From: Candidatus Caccoplasma sp.
GTDB taxonomy: Bacteria > Bacteroidota > Bacteroidia > Bacteroidales > G3-4614
DNA length: 64,000 bases
Direction of reading: 5' to 3'
NCBI GenBank assembly: GCA_045587545.1
Contig: JAZNCN010000021.1
Location: forward strand, 6,078-70,077
The notes under the pieces were generated by a model, which saw only the letters and a list, made by a program, of their open reading frames with translations, was not told where the DNA came from and did not search any database. Shown here piece after piece: positions 46,660 through 57,045 of this stretch. Made by a program: the position numbers and the translations under genes. Position 1 is the first letter of the stretch; each line of letters begins with the position of its first letter.

Positions 46660-48468
46660 TTACAAGTTATCCAAATCTATTGATATTCCGTCTGGCAATT
46701 CAAGGTTTATCTTCATATTTAATTTTTGATATTTTGATATTGCGCCTTGATCCGGGAAATATGCATTAACCCTCCAGTTAATTCTGTCAATAAGTTTCAT
46801 TTGACCATCTTTGATTTCTCTAAATTCTATTCTCATACTGGTTTGTGCCGGCACAACATCATCAGTAATTCCTATAGATTTTGACGCACTTATCTTTTTA
46901 GGAATGATAACTTCTATTCCATCTAATTTTTCGCCATTCACATCACAAAGTTCTGCAAAAATCTCCATCTCTGCAGGGAAGCCGTTTTTTATAATAGCAT
47001 TTGCAAAAATAGATTTTGCCGAAATTGTCTCAAACACATCGGTATTCAAATCTAATGTTGAGTCATTGTATTGGATTTTAGATCCGGCGTTTAAGAAGAA
47101 TGGCACATTTAAGTTATATTTTATATCAAGATCATAGGGCTCTCCCAAAAAGAAATCATGTTCCTCGCTTGGATCGTTATATCCTTCACCTATGACATCA
47201 ATAGAGTATGGTATTTTCTCTGTTAGTTTACCTAAATTTTCACTCCTTACAAAATCATACCCATTTGTACTTAATTCTGCTATCTCATGACATGCCACAT
47301 ACTCATAAAAAGTACTTGGACCATATACATCATGGTCATCACCATGAATAGACATCTCTTCTACACTTATAATAACTTGCTGCCCGTTATCATCACAGAT
47401 ATAGTTTCCGTCTTTATCTTTGGGATATAATTTTATATTTGCCGAAGCAGACATTGGCAATGTTGTTTTTATCTCAATAGGCAAATATGGATTGTACAAC
47501 GACAACGATGTGTTTTCATCTGTTAAAAATGATGGCAACGAATTTATATATATTGTTTCAGATGTTTCATTAACCTTCAAGTCAACTTTTCCGAATGCCT
47601 CATCTACATCTGCCTCCGGGATATATAAAGTCGGAACAACTTTAAAAGACATTGTAGTTTCAGCACTTGCGGTCTTCAATGACAACGATATATCACCTTT
47701 TACCTCTACCTTATCATTAAACACAACTTTATTGCTACCATTCAGCATGTTTGATTCAGAATGTACTCCTTTTATGCCAACCTTGAATTTCAATTTAGAT
47801 GTTTCAATTTCTCCACTAATAATGATCTCATTATTGTTTTGGTTGGTTTTAACATTAATGGTTGATGGTACTTTTATATTATTCTTATCAATTATAAGAT
47901 CAGCAGGAAAAACTATCTTGTAATTATCAAAAACAACCCTCTTTAGTTCTACTGCACTACTTCCTTCACATATAACAGATAATGTTATCTCTGACAACCA
48001 CTCTGAATGAACAAAAACTGAATCAATTGATTTTACCCTTGAATCAACAGTTCCTGATTCAATATTTAAGTCTGCTTCATAATTGGTAATTTCTTGCGGT
48101 AAATCAACCCTATACTCAGCTGGCCCATACATAGGAATCTTTTTTGAATAAGATTTTATAGTTCCGAAATCAAGGTTTTGAACAGGAACATGAAACTTAG
48201 GAATTACATCAACATCTGTTATAAGATGCCCTTCTGTTGTTGTAACTTCATACAAACCTTGATTGTTTACATAAATATCATCTTCTGATGATAGCAATTT
48301 TTCAAAAGCCATATCACCTGTATTCAACAATGGGAAACCAACACCATTCTCAAACAGATGAATATCGCCAGATACATTATCCATATCAAATCTTTCATCA
48401 ACACAAGATGATAAAAATAATGCGATATAGATAAACCCCAACAAATTAAGTAATCTACACTTCCTCAT
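46660..48468 (-). CDS. Large hypothetical lipoprotein, paralog 1
   Basis: 602 aa. The lipobox is LFLSSC, followed by VDERFDMDN. It is collinear with and clearly homologous to 48638-50431 along its full length. I recognise no family. Confidence 0.6.
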   Translation of the reverse strand: MRKCRLLNLLGFIYIALFLSSCVDERFDMDNVSGDIHLFENGVGFPLLNTGDMAFEKLLSSEDDIYVNNQGLYEVTTTEGHLITDVDVIPKFHVPVQNLDFGTIKSYSKKIPMYGPAEYRVDLPQEITNYEADLNIESGTVDSRVKSIDSVFVHSEWLSEITLSVICEGSSAVELKRVVFDNYKIVFPADLIIDKNNIKVPSTINVKTNQNNNEIIISGEIETSKLKFKVGIKGVHSESNMLNGSNKVVFNDKVEVKGDISLSLKTASAETTMSFKVVPTLYIPEADVDEAFGKVDLKVNETSETIYINSLPSFLTDENTSLSLYNPYLPIEIKTTLPMSASANIKLYPKDKDGNYICDDNGQQVIISVEEMSIHGDDHDVYGPSTFYEYVACHEIAELSTNGYDFVRSENLGKLTEKIPYSIDVIGEGYNDPSEEHDFFLGEPYDLDIKYNLNVPFFLNAGSKIQYNDSTLDLNTDVFETISAKSIFANAIIKNGFPAEMEIFAELCDVNGEKLDGIEVIIPKKISASKSIGITDDVVPAQTSMRIEFREIKDGQMKLIDRINWRVNAYFPDQGAISKYQKLNMKINLELPDGISIDLDNL

Positions 48469-48513
48469 TTATTTAATTTTTAAAAAATATTCACAATATA
48501 TCTATTCTTGTAG

Positions 48514-48521
48514 CAAAATTA
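48514..48521 (-). promoter_or_regulatory. Candidate -7 box for paralog 1
   Basis: CAAAATTA is the reverse complement of TAatTTTG. It lies 45 nt upstream of the ATG at 48468. Confidence 0.3.
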
Positions 48522-48637
48522 AGACATAAATGGATACTTTCAAAATATTTTTTTGCATTTTTTAAGAAGTTTAGCAAAAAGTGCAAATATAGTCAGCATA
48601 AAGTTTTATAAATAAACTTTTTATCAATTTATATATT

Positions 48638-50431
48638 TTATAGATTCTCAAAATCCAGCCTGATTCCTTTTGGTAATTCAAGATTTATTTTCATGTTTAT
48701 AAAATGCTCTTTTTCAACATCTGCCTTTTCGGGGAATAGCACATTTATTTTCCAATCAATCTTATCAATAAGTTTCAATTTGCCGTCCAAAGACTCTTTA
48801 AGTTCTATTCTTATATTTGTCTCATCTTTTGCCCTTATCGCATTATCAGGAATTAATACTCCTACTCCATTACCATTTAATTTATTCCCTTCTTTATCAT
48901 ATAAATCTAAATCAAATGTCATATTTGCAAGAAAATCATTCTTTATTACAGCATCAACAAATAGTGACGTTAATGATATTGATTTGAATATATCTGATAT
49001 ATCTTCATTTAAATCTGTTGTTGACTCTTTATATTCTATTTTTGAACCAGCATCTAAAGAAAAAGGCACATGAATGCGATAATTTATATCAATATTAAAC
49101 TCTTCATCAAAGTAAAATTCTTGAATATCTGAAGCATCACTCTCTCCCGCTGCAACGATTTCAATAGATGTCGGTATTTTTGCACATACCTTATCAAGAT
49201 TCACACATTCAACATATTTAAATCCATTATTATCATAATATCCTATTTTTTTGCAAGCTACATATTCATAAAAATTAGAAGAGAGACCATCGTCATGATT
49301 ATCGCCAGGTATAGACAAATCATTAATTGACACCTCAACTCTTTCTCCATTATCATATATATAATTACCTTCTGCATCTTTAGGATACATCTTTATATTG
49401 GATTTTACGCTCATGGGAACCGTACTTGTTACATAGAGCGGCATATAAGGGTTACTCAATTTTAACACTGTTCCTCCTGAGGTTATAAACGATGGTAAAG
49501 AGCCTATTTTTACTTCATCTTGCATAATCTCAACATCAACTTTTATTCTACCCTTTCCTTCATCTATTTTCACCTCGGGTATAAACAATGTCGGTTTTAC
49601 CTTAAATGTTTGGTCCATTGAACTTCCGGAACTCACAACCTCTAATGAAATATTTCCGTCAAGTTCAACTTTTTCAGAGAGAACTACTTTTCTGTCGGTA
49701 TTTATCAGATTTTCACCTCCTCCATCAACTCCTCTAATTTTAACCCCAAACTCCAATATATCTCCATCAACTCTTCCATTGAGAGTTATTTCGTTATTAG
49801 GATTGATTGTATAACTAATCCCCTCTGCAACATTAACAATGTTATCAATAATCAATTTCTTAGGAAACTTTAATTTATAGTTATCAAACGTCATTCCTTT
49901 AACCTTTATTTTCCCTGACAGAGGTCGCTCTTTTTCATCTACAACAGATAGTGTTATTTTAGACACCCAATCACTATGAGTTGCTACAGAATAAACTTCA
50001 ATTACCCTTTCGTCTAATTTTTCTGTTTCTATATTTACTCTCGCTTCATAGCTCGTAATCTCTTTGTCTAAAGGAATCGTTTTACCACTAAATCCGTTTA
50101 TGGTTGCAGTATATGATTTTATAACCCCAAAATTGGGTTGTTGTTCCGAAATTGATATTTTAGGTATTTTATCAATATGTGTATGAAAATTCTTCTCTTC
50201 TGAATAAAATTCATAGACACCCTCCTCATTCAATCTTATATCATTTTCAGAAGATATAAGTTTTTCAAATCTTAAATCCCCTGTACGCAACAAGGGAATA
50301 CTCACTCCATTTTCAAACAAGTGCATATCATTGGAGATATTATCCAAATCATATCTTTTATCAATACATGAAGATAAAAATAATATTATATAGGTAATTA
50401 CTAATAAAATATGCATTCGATTTTTTTTCAT
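48638..50431 (-). CDS. Large hypothetical lipoprotein, paralog 2
   Basis: 597 aa. The lipobox is LFLSSC, followed by IDKRYDLDN. It shares blocks with paralog 1: HLFENGV, FEKL.SSE, PSF.T, LSNPY.P, YPKD..GNYI, FYEYVAC, VPF.L.AGSKI.Y, KLID.I.W and NMKINLELP.GI. Confidence 0.6.
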   Translation of the reverse strand: MKKNRMHILLVITYIILFLSSCIDKRYDLDNISNDMHLFENGVSIPLLRTGDLRFEKLISSENDIRLNEEGVYEFYSEEKNFHTHIDKIPKISISEQQPNFGVIKSYTATINGFSGKTIPLDKEITSYEARVNIETEKLDERVIEVYSVATHSDWVSKITLSVVDEKERPLSGKIKVKGMTFDNYKLKFPKKLIIDNIVNVAEGISYTINPNNEITLNGRVDGDILEFGVKIRGVDGGGENLINTDRKVVLSEKVELDGNISLEVVSSGSSMDQTFKVKPTLFIPEVKIDEGKGRIKVDVEIMQDEVKIGSLPSFITSGGTVLKLSNPYMPLYVTSTVPMSVKSNIKMYPKDAEGNYIYDNGERVEVSINDLSIPGDNHDDGLSSNFYEYVACKKIGYYDNNGFKYVECVNLDKVCAKIPTSIEIVAAGESDASDIQEFYFDEEFNIDINYRIHVPFSLDAGSKIEYKESTTDLNEDISDIFKSISLTSLFVDAVIKNDFLANMTFDLDLYDKEGNKLNGNGVGVLIPDNAIRAKDETNIRIELKESLDGKLKLIDKIDWKINVLFPEKADVEKEHFINMKINLELPKGIRLDFENL

Positions 50432-50474
50432 CTATTTTTAATTTTAGGTGTTTGCGACATTAATATCCCTAATG

Positions 50475-50482
50475 CAAAAGTA
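50475..50482 (-). promoter_or_regulatory. Candidate -7 box for paralog 2
   Basis: CAAAAGTA is the reverse complement of TActTTTG. It lies 44 nt upstream of the ATG at 50431, the same distance as for paralog 1. Confidence 0.3.
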
Positions 50483-50588
50483 GTATATAAAAATATTCTA
50501 TAAATATATATATTACATTTTTTTTAAATATAAAAAAGTCAATTTAAACCTTTATCGGGTTTTGGCGTCTAATTGATAAACTTGGTTT

Positions 50589-53402
50589 ATGAGAAATAAA
50601 AAACATATATTACTTTTATTATTATTATTTATTTTCAACTCACTAATATTCTCTCAGGTAAATAACTATACAGTTTTAGGAGTTGTCAAAGATGAAACAG
50701 GCATACCATTACCTCATTTAGGAGTAAGAATATTAAACAGCCAAGATAGTTCATTAGTAAGAGGTTCTACCTCTTCAGACAAGGGCCGATTTATAATAAG
50801 AAATCTGTCGCAAGGGCACTACATCGTATCTTTATCATATATGGGATACAATACTACTTACAAAAACATATCACTATACCCCGGAAATGAATATATAAAC
50901 TTAGGCACAATAACCATGCTGCCAACTGATGTTATGTTGAGCGAAGCTGTGGTTATGGGCAAAACGCCCGATGTTGTTGCAAAAGAGGACACTCTTGAAT
51001 TTAATGCATCGGCATATAAGACACAACCTAATGCGGTAGTTGAGGATATGATTAAAAAGATGCCCGGAATTGAAATTGGAGAGGACGGAAAGATAACTGC
51101 AAATGGTAAAGAGATAACAAAAATATTGGTTGATGGTGAGGAATTTTTCTCAGACGATCCTAAAGTAGCAACAAAGAATTTACCTGCCAATATGGTTGAA
51201 AAGCTCCAGGTAATTGACCGAAAGTCTGATGAAGCAAGATTTTCAGGTGTTGATGATGGAGAAGACGAGACAGTTATAAACTTAACCGTAAAAAAAGGAA
51301 TGAAGAATGGTTGGTTTGGCAACTTTCAAGCAGGAGGTGCCACTGATGCCCGCTATGAAGCAATGCTTATGGCAAATCACTTTAAAGATCAAAACCAATT
51401 AACTATTATTGCCGGTGCTAATAATACAAACAATATGGGGGCTGCAGATTTAGGTGCAACCATGTTTTCAGGAAGTTCAAGAAGAGGAAGGGGAGGCTGG
51501 GGCCCTATACAAGGAGAAAACACATCGGCAGTAGCCGGACTTAACTTCAATGCGGGAAAGAGCGACAGATTTAGAGGCGGAGGCGATGTTAAGTATGCAT
51601 TCAGTGATTTAGATTTGAAGGAAATAAGTGAGCGACAAAACTTCATATCGTCAGATAGTACAACTCATGACAACTCTTATAAGGTAAATAGGAATAAGAG
51701 CCATAACATTGAGATGAATTATCGTCTTTTATGGAAACCTGATGATTATACTCAAATTGAATTTAGACCTCGCTTTGGGTTTAACCATTCAGATATGAAA
51801 AATAATAGCATTTCTCGCTCATATGGGACAAACTCTCTTTATCCCGAATGGGGTAATGATACTATAACAACAGGTTCTTTAAACTCATTCAGTAAAGCTA
51901 ATGGATTTAATATTAACGGACGATTAAGTATAAGCAGGTTATTAAAAGGTAAAGAGGGACGACAAATAAGTTTAAGCTTTTCGTATGGATATAACGATAG
52001 TAGAGAAAACGGTTACAGCTACAATAATACAAGTTATTTCAAAAGCGGTGTAATTGAAGGTATAAATCTGAAAGACAATAACAGAACGTGGGGAGGTAAT
52101 TATGGAATAAGAGCTTCGTATATTGAACCTATAAACAAACACACTACATGGTCTGTTTCATATCATTACAGATACAGCTATACTTATGCCGACAAATTCT
52201 CTTACAATATTGACGAAAACGATATCATCGGAAACTTAAACAGTGAATATAGTAATAGTTTCAGAAATAATTTCCAACGTCATCGTGCAAGCACTGCTTT
52301 TAATGGGACATACGACAAAATGTCATATAATGTAGGTATTGATTTTGAGCCTTCTAAATCGGTTTCAAAGAACTTAATTGATTCTAGTAGAGATATTGAC
52401 GGTAAAATGCAATATAACTTCTCTCCATTCTTGAGATATAAATATGCTATTAGCAAAAGCGATAATATAAGAATAGATTATAGAGGAAGAACTCAGCAAC
52501 CTTCTATATCGCAATTACAACCAAGTCAAAGCATATCTGACCCTCTACGTCGAACTGAAGGAAATCCAAACCTTAAGCCTTCATACGATAACTCGTTACG
52601 TCTTAGATATAATAGTTATAATGCAGAGAAACAGCGTTCTATTATGACGATGTTAAATGCCAACTATGTTATGAATAGCATTGTAAATGCTACTTTTTAC
52701 AACGAAGAGGGCATTCAAATAACCAAACCTGTAAATGAAAACGGAGTGTGGAGTATATGGGGTATGATTATAACCAATATGCCTTTTAAAAATAAAAAAT
52801 TCTCATTTAACAACCACACAAGTTTAAGTTGCAATAGACAAATAGGATATTCAAATGCCTTACGTAACACCTCAATGAATTATAGTGTAAGAGAGAGACT
52901 TGAGTTTGTATATGGAGATACTTTCGGTGATATTAGATTAAGTGGAAACGGAGCTTTTCAAAGGACAAAGAACTCTATTCAAAACACAAATAATCAAAAT
53001 ACATTTGATTATGGGGCTAAATTTGCAACAACACTTTACATTCCCGGCGATATAACGTTTACCACTGATATAAATTATAATGGTAAGGCGGGATATACCG
53101 AAGGTTATGACAAACAATCATGGATATGGAATGCTCAGCTCTCTTGGAATTTTTTAAAGCAGAAACAAGCATCGCTCATAGTCAGGGCATACGATATTCT
53201 TAACCAACATAATAATATAAGCCGTACCGTTACCGGAAACTATATTCAAGACGTTGAGACAAATAGTGTCGGACGGTATGTTATGTTCTCTTTTGCATAC
53301 CGATTTAATTCGTTCTCTAAACGAAGTGAGGCAACTCCCCAAATTGATATGAATACAAGAAGAGGCCCTCACGGTAATTACGGAGGACCTCCCAGGTTCT
53401 AA
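50589..53402 (+). CDS. Large outer-membrane beta-barrel protein with an N-terminal carboxypeptidase-regulatory-like domain (TonB-dependent-receptor-like)
   Basis: 937 aa with a signal peptide. VLGVVKDETGIPLPHLGVRILNS...GRFIIRNLSQGHYIVSLSYMGY is CarboxypepD_reg-like. A plug-like segment (VEDMIKKMPGIEIGEDGKITANGKEITKILVDGEEFF) precedes a long barrel. Its C-terminal end reads YVMFSFAYRF. Confidence 0.7.
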   Translation: MRNKKHILLLLLLFIFNSLIFSQVNNYTVLGVVKDETGIPLPHLGVRILNSQDSSLVRGSTSSDKGRFIIRNLSQGHYIVSLSYMGYNTTYKNISLYPGNEYINLGTITMLPTDVMLSEAVVMGKTPDVVAKEDTLEFNASAYKTQPNAVVEDMIKKMPGIEIGEDGKITANGKEITKILVDGEEFFSDDPKVATKNLPANMVEKLQVIDRKSDEARFSGVDDGEDETVINLTVKKGMKNGWFGNFQAGGATDARYEAMLMANHFKDQNQLTIIAGANNTNNMGAADLGATMFSGSSRRGRGGWGPIQGENTSAVAGLNFNAGKSDRFRGGGDVKYAFSDLDLKEISERQNFISSDSTTHDNSYKVNRNKSHNIEMNYRLLWKPDDYTQIEFRPRFGFNHSDMKNNSISRSYGTNSLYPEWGNDTITTGSLNSFSKANGFNINGRLSISRLLKGKEGRQISLSFSYGYNDSRENGYSYNNTSYFKSGVIEGINLKDNNRTWGGNYGIRASYIEPINKHTTWSVSYHYRYSYTYADKFSYNIDENDIIGNLNSEYSNSFRNNFQRHRASTAFNGTYDKMSYNVGIDFEPSKSVSKNLIDSSRDIDGKMQYNFSPFLRYKYAISKSDNIRIDYRGRTQQPSISQLQPSQSISDPLRRTEGNPNLKPSYDNSLRLRYNSYNAEKQRSIMTMLNANYVMNSIVNATFYNEEGIQITKPVNENGVWSIWGMIITNMPFKNKKFSFNNHTSLSCNRQIGYSNALRNTSMNYSVRERLEFVYGDTFGDIRLSGNGAFQRTKNSIQNTNNQNTFDYGAKFATTLYIPGDITFTTDINYNGKAGYTEGYDKQSWIWNAQLSWNFLKQKQASLIVRAYDILNQHNNISRTVTGNYIQDVETNSVGRYVMFSFAYRFNSFSKRSEATPQIDMNTRRGPHGNYGGPPRF

Positions 53403-53423
53403 ATTAATCTTACTTAATTATGG

Positions 53424-54623
53424 TTACAGAGCCGATACAATCTCCTCTGTATCTTTTGCTATCATCAATTCCTCATCTGTTGGTATTACAACAACTTTGA
53501 CAGCCGAATTATCTGATGATATAACAACCTCTTCTCCTCGTGAGTTGTTTTTTTCATCATCAATCTTTATTCCAAGATATGATAATCGTTCGCAAATGTT
53601 TTTACGTGTTGATATTTGGTTTTCGCCTACACCTCCCGTAAACACTATTATATCAACACCGTTTAACGCTGCAGTATATGCTCCTATATATTTAGCTATA
53701 CGATAGTGATACATATCTAATGCAAGTTTTGCTTGTTCGTTACCCTCTTTTATTGCGGCATCTATTTCTCGCATATCAGAAGATACTTCCGAAACACCCA
53801 TAACTCCGCTCTTCTTGTTTATCAAATTTGATAACTGCTCGGGGCTCAAGCCCTCTTTCTCCATTATATATATTAAAGCTCCGGCATCAACATCTCCTAC
53901 GCGAGTTCCCATAACAAGACCTTCAACCGGTGTAAGTCCCATAGAGGTGTCTATTGATTTACCATCTTTTATTGCTGTAATTGAACCACCATTTCCTATA
54001 TGGCATGTTATAATACGTTGTTTTGCAACATCTACTCCTAAGAATTCACAAACTCTTTTTGATACATATCGATGACTTGTTCCATGGAATCCATAACGTC
54101 TTACTCCATATTTTTTATATAGGTCGTATGGTAGCGCATACATATATGCATATGAAGGTATTGTTTGATGAAATGCAGTATCAAATACTCCTACTTGTGG
54201 GACATTGGGTAAAATTGATTCAACAGCTTCAATTCCCTTCATATTTGCAGGATTGTGCAATGGAGCAATATCAAAGCACTCTCTAATTTTATCTTTTACC
54301 TCTTCGGTAATCAATACCGAACTGTTAAATTTCTCTCCTCCATGTACTATACGATGACCTACAGCTCCTATCTCCTCAAGAGACTTTATACAGCCATACT
54401 CCTCGCCTACAAGTGTATTCAAGATAAAATCTATACCTGCAGTATGCTCCGGAATATCTTTTTCAAGTACTACTTTCTCTCCCGAAGGAAGTGTTATCTT
54501 CAAAAATGAACCTTTTAAGCCTATTTTCTCAATTCCTCCTTGAGCCTCAACCGAATGATCTTCTGTGTTAAATAGTTTGTATTTGATTGAAGAGGAACCA
54601 CAATTTAAAACTAAAACTTTCAT
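53424..54623 (-). CDS. ackA: Acetate kinase
   Basis: 399 aa. Motifs are VLVLNCGSSSIKY, HRIVHGG and FHGTSH. Confidence 0.95.
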   Translation of the reverse strand: MKVLVLNCGSSSIKYKLFNTEDHSVEAQGGIEKIGLKGSFLKITLPSGEKVVLEKDIPEHTAGIDFILNTLVGEEYGCIKSLEEIGAVGHRIVHGGEKFNSSVLITEEVKDKIRECFDIAPLHNPANMKGIEAVESILPNVPQVGVFDTAFHQTIPSYAYMYALPYDLYKKYGVRRYGFHGTSHRYVSKRVCEFLGVDVAKQRIITCHIGNGGSITAIKDGKSIDTSMGLTPVEGLVMGTRVGDVDAGALIYIMEKEGLSPEQLSNLINKKSGVMGVSEVSSDMREIDAAIKEGNEQAKLALDMYHYRIAKYIGAYTAALNGVDIIVFTGGVGENQISTRKNICERLSYLGIKIDDEKNNSRGEEVVISSDNSAVKVVVIPTDEELMIAKDTEEIVSAL

Positions 54624-54693
54624 ATCGTAATATTTTTTACACGAACAAAACCCACTACAAGAGTGAGTTTTGCTCTTATATTTTGTTGAACTA

Positions 54694-55713
54694 TTATTTA
54701 TTTCGTGATGCTTTAAGTTGTATTGATTGTACAGCAGCTACGGCAACTGTCAAATATATATCTTCGGCCGAGCAACCTCGAGAAAGATCGTTGATAGGAG
54801 CTGCTAATCCTTGAAGAATAGGTCCTATCGCTGTCGCACCTGCAAACCTTTGGACAAGTTTATATCCTATATTTCCAGCCTCAAGAGACGGGAATACTAA
54901 TACATTTGCTTTGCCGGCGACAGGGCTGCCTGGAGCTTTTGCTACACCAACTTCAGGTACTATAGCTGCATCTAATTGCATCTCTCCATCAAGCATTAAT
55001 TTAGGGCAACGCTCTTTTGCCAACTTTGTAGCTTCTATTACCTTATCAATTCTTTCGTGCTTTGCACTTCCTTTGGTTGAGAAACTTAACATAGCAACTC
55101 GTGGTTCAAAACCTGCAAGAGCTTTTGTTGTTTCGGCTGTTGAGATAGCTATTTGAGCTAACTCTTCAGCTGTTGGATCTGGACATACTGCACAATCTGC
55201 AAATGTCATAACTCCATCTTCTCCCAAATTATTGTCTTTTAAAACCATAATAAACAAGCCCGAGACAACACTTACCCCAGGAGCTGTTTTTACAATCTGA
55301 AATGCTGGGCGCAATACACTACTTGTTGCATTGCATGCTCCTGCTATTTCTCCGTCAGCGTCTCCTTTTTTTATCATCAAAGGCGCTAAATATAAAGGAT
55401 CTTCTGCCAACTTCATAGCCTGCTCCATTGTCATTCCTTTTGATTTGCGAAGTTCATAAAGGAAAGACGCATATTCCTCTTTCTTAGGGTTATTTATGGG
55501 ATCTATAATAGTTGCTCCCGACAAATTTTCAAGACCTAACGCCTTTGCCTTGTCATTAATCTCCGCGGGATTTCCCATTATAATAATATCCGCAACTTTA
55601 TTTGCCACCAATTTATCAGCAGCAATAAGAGTTCTCTCATCTCCTCCTTCAGGCAATATAATACGCTGAATATCAGCTTGAGCCTGCGATACGATTTTTG
55701 CTATTACGTCCAT
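54694..55713 (-). CDS. pta: Phosphate acetyltransferase
   Basis: 339 aa of the PTA_PTB family. Motifs are RIILPEG.DERT and GATAIGPILQGL. It lies adjacent to ackA. Confidence 0.95.
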   Translation of the reverse strand: MDVIAKIVSQAQADIQRIILPEGGDERTLIAADKLVANKVADIIIMGNPAEINDKAKALGLENLSGATIIDPINNPKKEEYASFLYELRKSKGMTMEQAMKLAEDPLYLAPLMIKKGDADGEIAGACNATSSVLRPAFQIVKTAPGVSVVSGLFIMVLKDNNLGEDGVMTFADCAVCPDPTAEELAQIAISTAETTKALAGFEPRVAMLSFSTKGSAKHERIDKVIEATKLAKERCPKLMLDGEMQLDAAIVPEVGVAKAPGSPVAGKANVLVFPSLEAGNIGYKLVQRFAGATAIGPILQGLAAPINDLSRGCSAEDIYLTVAVAAVQSIQLKASRNK

Positions 55714-55769
55714 GATTTATTATTTTATATGACGAATTTAATTCGTTGGTAGTTTTTTGAATACAGATG

Positions 55770-55777
55770 CAAAAATA
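55770..55777 (-). promoter_or_regulatory. Candidate -7 box for pta-ackA
   Basis: CAAAAATA is the reverse complement of TAttTTTG. It lies 57 nt upstream of the pta ATG. Confidence 0.3.
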
Positions 55778-55814
55778 CAAAAAATTGTAATATCAAGATA
55801 GCAAAACGCGATTT

Positions 55815-57038
55815 TTATAATGATATTCTTTTCATTATCTTTAATGTTGCTCCGGTGTTGCAATTTATATATTCACCTGCTATAACTCCAGCCTTCTCTC
55901 GCGTTTCTTTGTCAGATAAATTTTGCATGATATTTTCAAATTCCTCTTTTGAAGATATTGTAAATGCGCCTCCAGATGCAATTAATTTTTTTGCCTCCTT
56001 AAACTTCTTAAAGTTTGGTCCAAATATAACAGGAATACCATAAACGGCAGCCTCCGGAACATTATGTATTCCACTTCCAAAGCCTCCTCCAATATATGCT
56101 AAATCGCCATATCGATATATTGATGACAGCAAACCGAAACAATCTACTATAAGACAATCGTATTCCGAAATATTTTTACCCTCTGCTTGAGAATAAAGCA
56201 ATACAGGACGTTTAATTTTTAGCATAAGATACTGCATGTGCGCATCATTTATCTCATGGGGAGCAATTATAAGTTTTAGTTCAGGGTGCGAATTAAAATA
56301 ATCCATATAGATATCTTCATCTGCTTGCCACGAACTTCCTATAATCATTGTATATGAATCCTTTGAAAATTGCTCAAAAACAGGTAAATCCTTAAGCTGC
56401 GAGGCTATCTCAGCCACTCTGTCAAAACGAGTATCGCCAACGACAGATACATTTTCAACTCCTATTTTTGCCAAAAGTTTTTTTGAAGTCTCATCTTGCA
56501 CAAAAAGATGTTCATAATTTTTTAGCATACCTCTAAATATAGAGCCATAGGGTTTGAAAAAAATCTGATTTTCTCTGAATATTGCTGATACTAAGTATGT
56601 AGGAATAGCTCTTTTATGTAATTCATTTAAGAAATTACCCCAAAACTCATATTTTATAAAAATAGCCATTTTAGGATTTACAACATCAAGGAAACGTCTG
56701 ACATTTCCAGGCAAATCAAAGGGCAAATACGAAACTACGTCTGCCAACGGGTAATCTTTACGAACGGTATATCCTGATGGAGAAAAAAAGGTTAATAAAA
56801 TTTTTTCTTGAGAATTTTTCTCTTTTATCTTTTCTATAATTGGACGTCCTTGCTCAAATTCGCCTAATGAAGATGAATGTATCCATATATATTTCTCTCC
56901 TTTTTCAATCTTTGACTCTAAATCTGAAAAAAGTGTTTTATGCCCCTTAACCATAAGTTTTGCCTTTGGATTACGCGCAGACACCAATCTTACAATTTGC
57001 TTGTATAAATATATTCCTAAATTATATATCAGATTCAT
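55815..57038 (-). CDS. waaA: 3-deoxy-D-manno-octulosonic acid (Kdo) transferase
   Basis: 407 aa. IWIHSSSLGEFEQGRPIIEKIK is the conserved WaaA N-terminal motif. Confidence 0.85.
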   Translation of the reverse strand: MNLIYNLGIYLYKQIVRLVSARNPKAKLMVKGHKTLFSDLESKIEKGEKYIWIHSSSLGEFEQGRPIIEKIKEKNSQEKILLTFFSPSGYTVRKDYPLADVVSYLPFDLPGNVRRFLDVVNPKMAIFIKYEFWGNFLNELHKRAIPTYLVSAIFRENQIFFKPYGSIFRGMLKNYEHLFVQDETSKKLLAKIGVENVSVVGDTRFDRVAEIASQLKDLPVFEQFSKDSYTMIIGSSWQADEDIYMDYFNSHPELKLIIAPHEINDAHMQYLMLKIKRPVLLYSQAEGKNISEYDCLIVDCFGLLSSIYRYGDLAYIGGGFGSGIHNVPEAAVYGIPVIFGPNFKKFKEAKKLIASGGAFTISSKEEFENIMQNLSDKETREKAGVIAGEYINCNTGATLKIMKRISL

Positions 57039-57045
57039 ATTCTAT

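Noticed and set aside
47420-47923. 167-aa + strand ORF. Similar antisense ORFs occur at 46811-47137, 48693-49073, 50858-51322, 18714-19166, 17630-17971 and 61006-61446.
   Set aside because: All are embedded antisense in longer ORFs with better support (paralogy, signal peptides or conserved motifs). They are typical shadow ORFs of AT-rich coding DNA.
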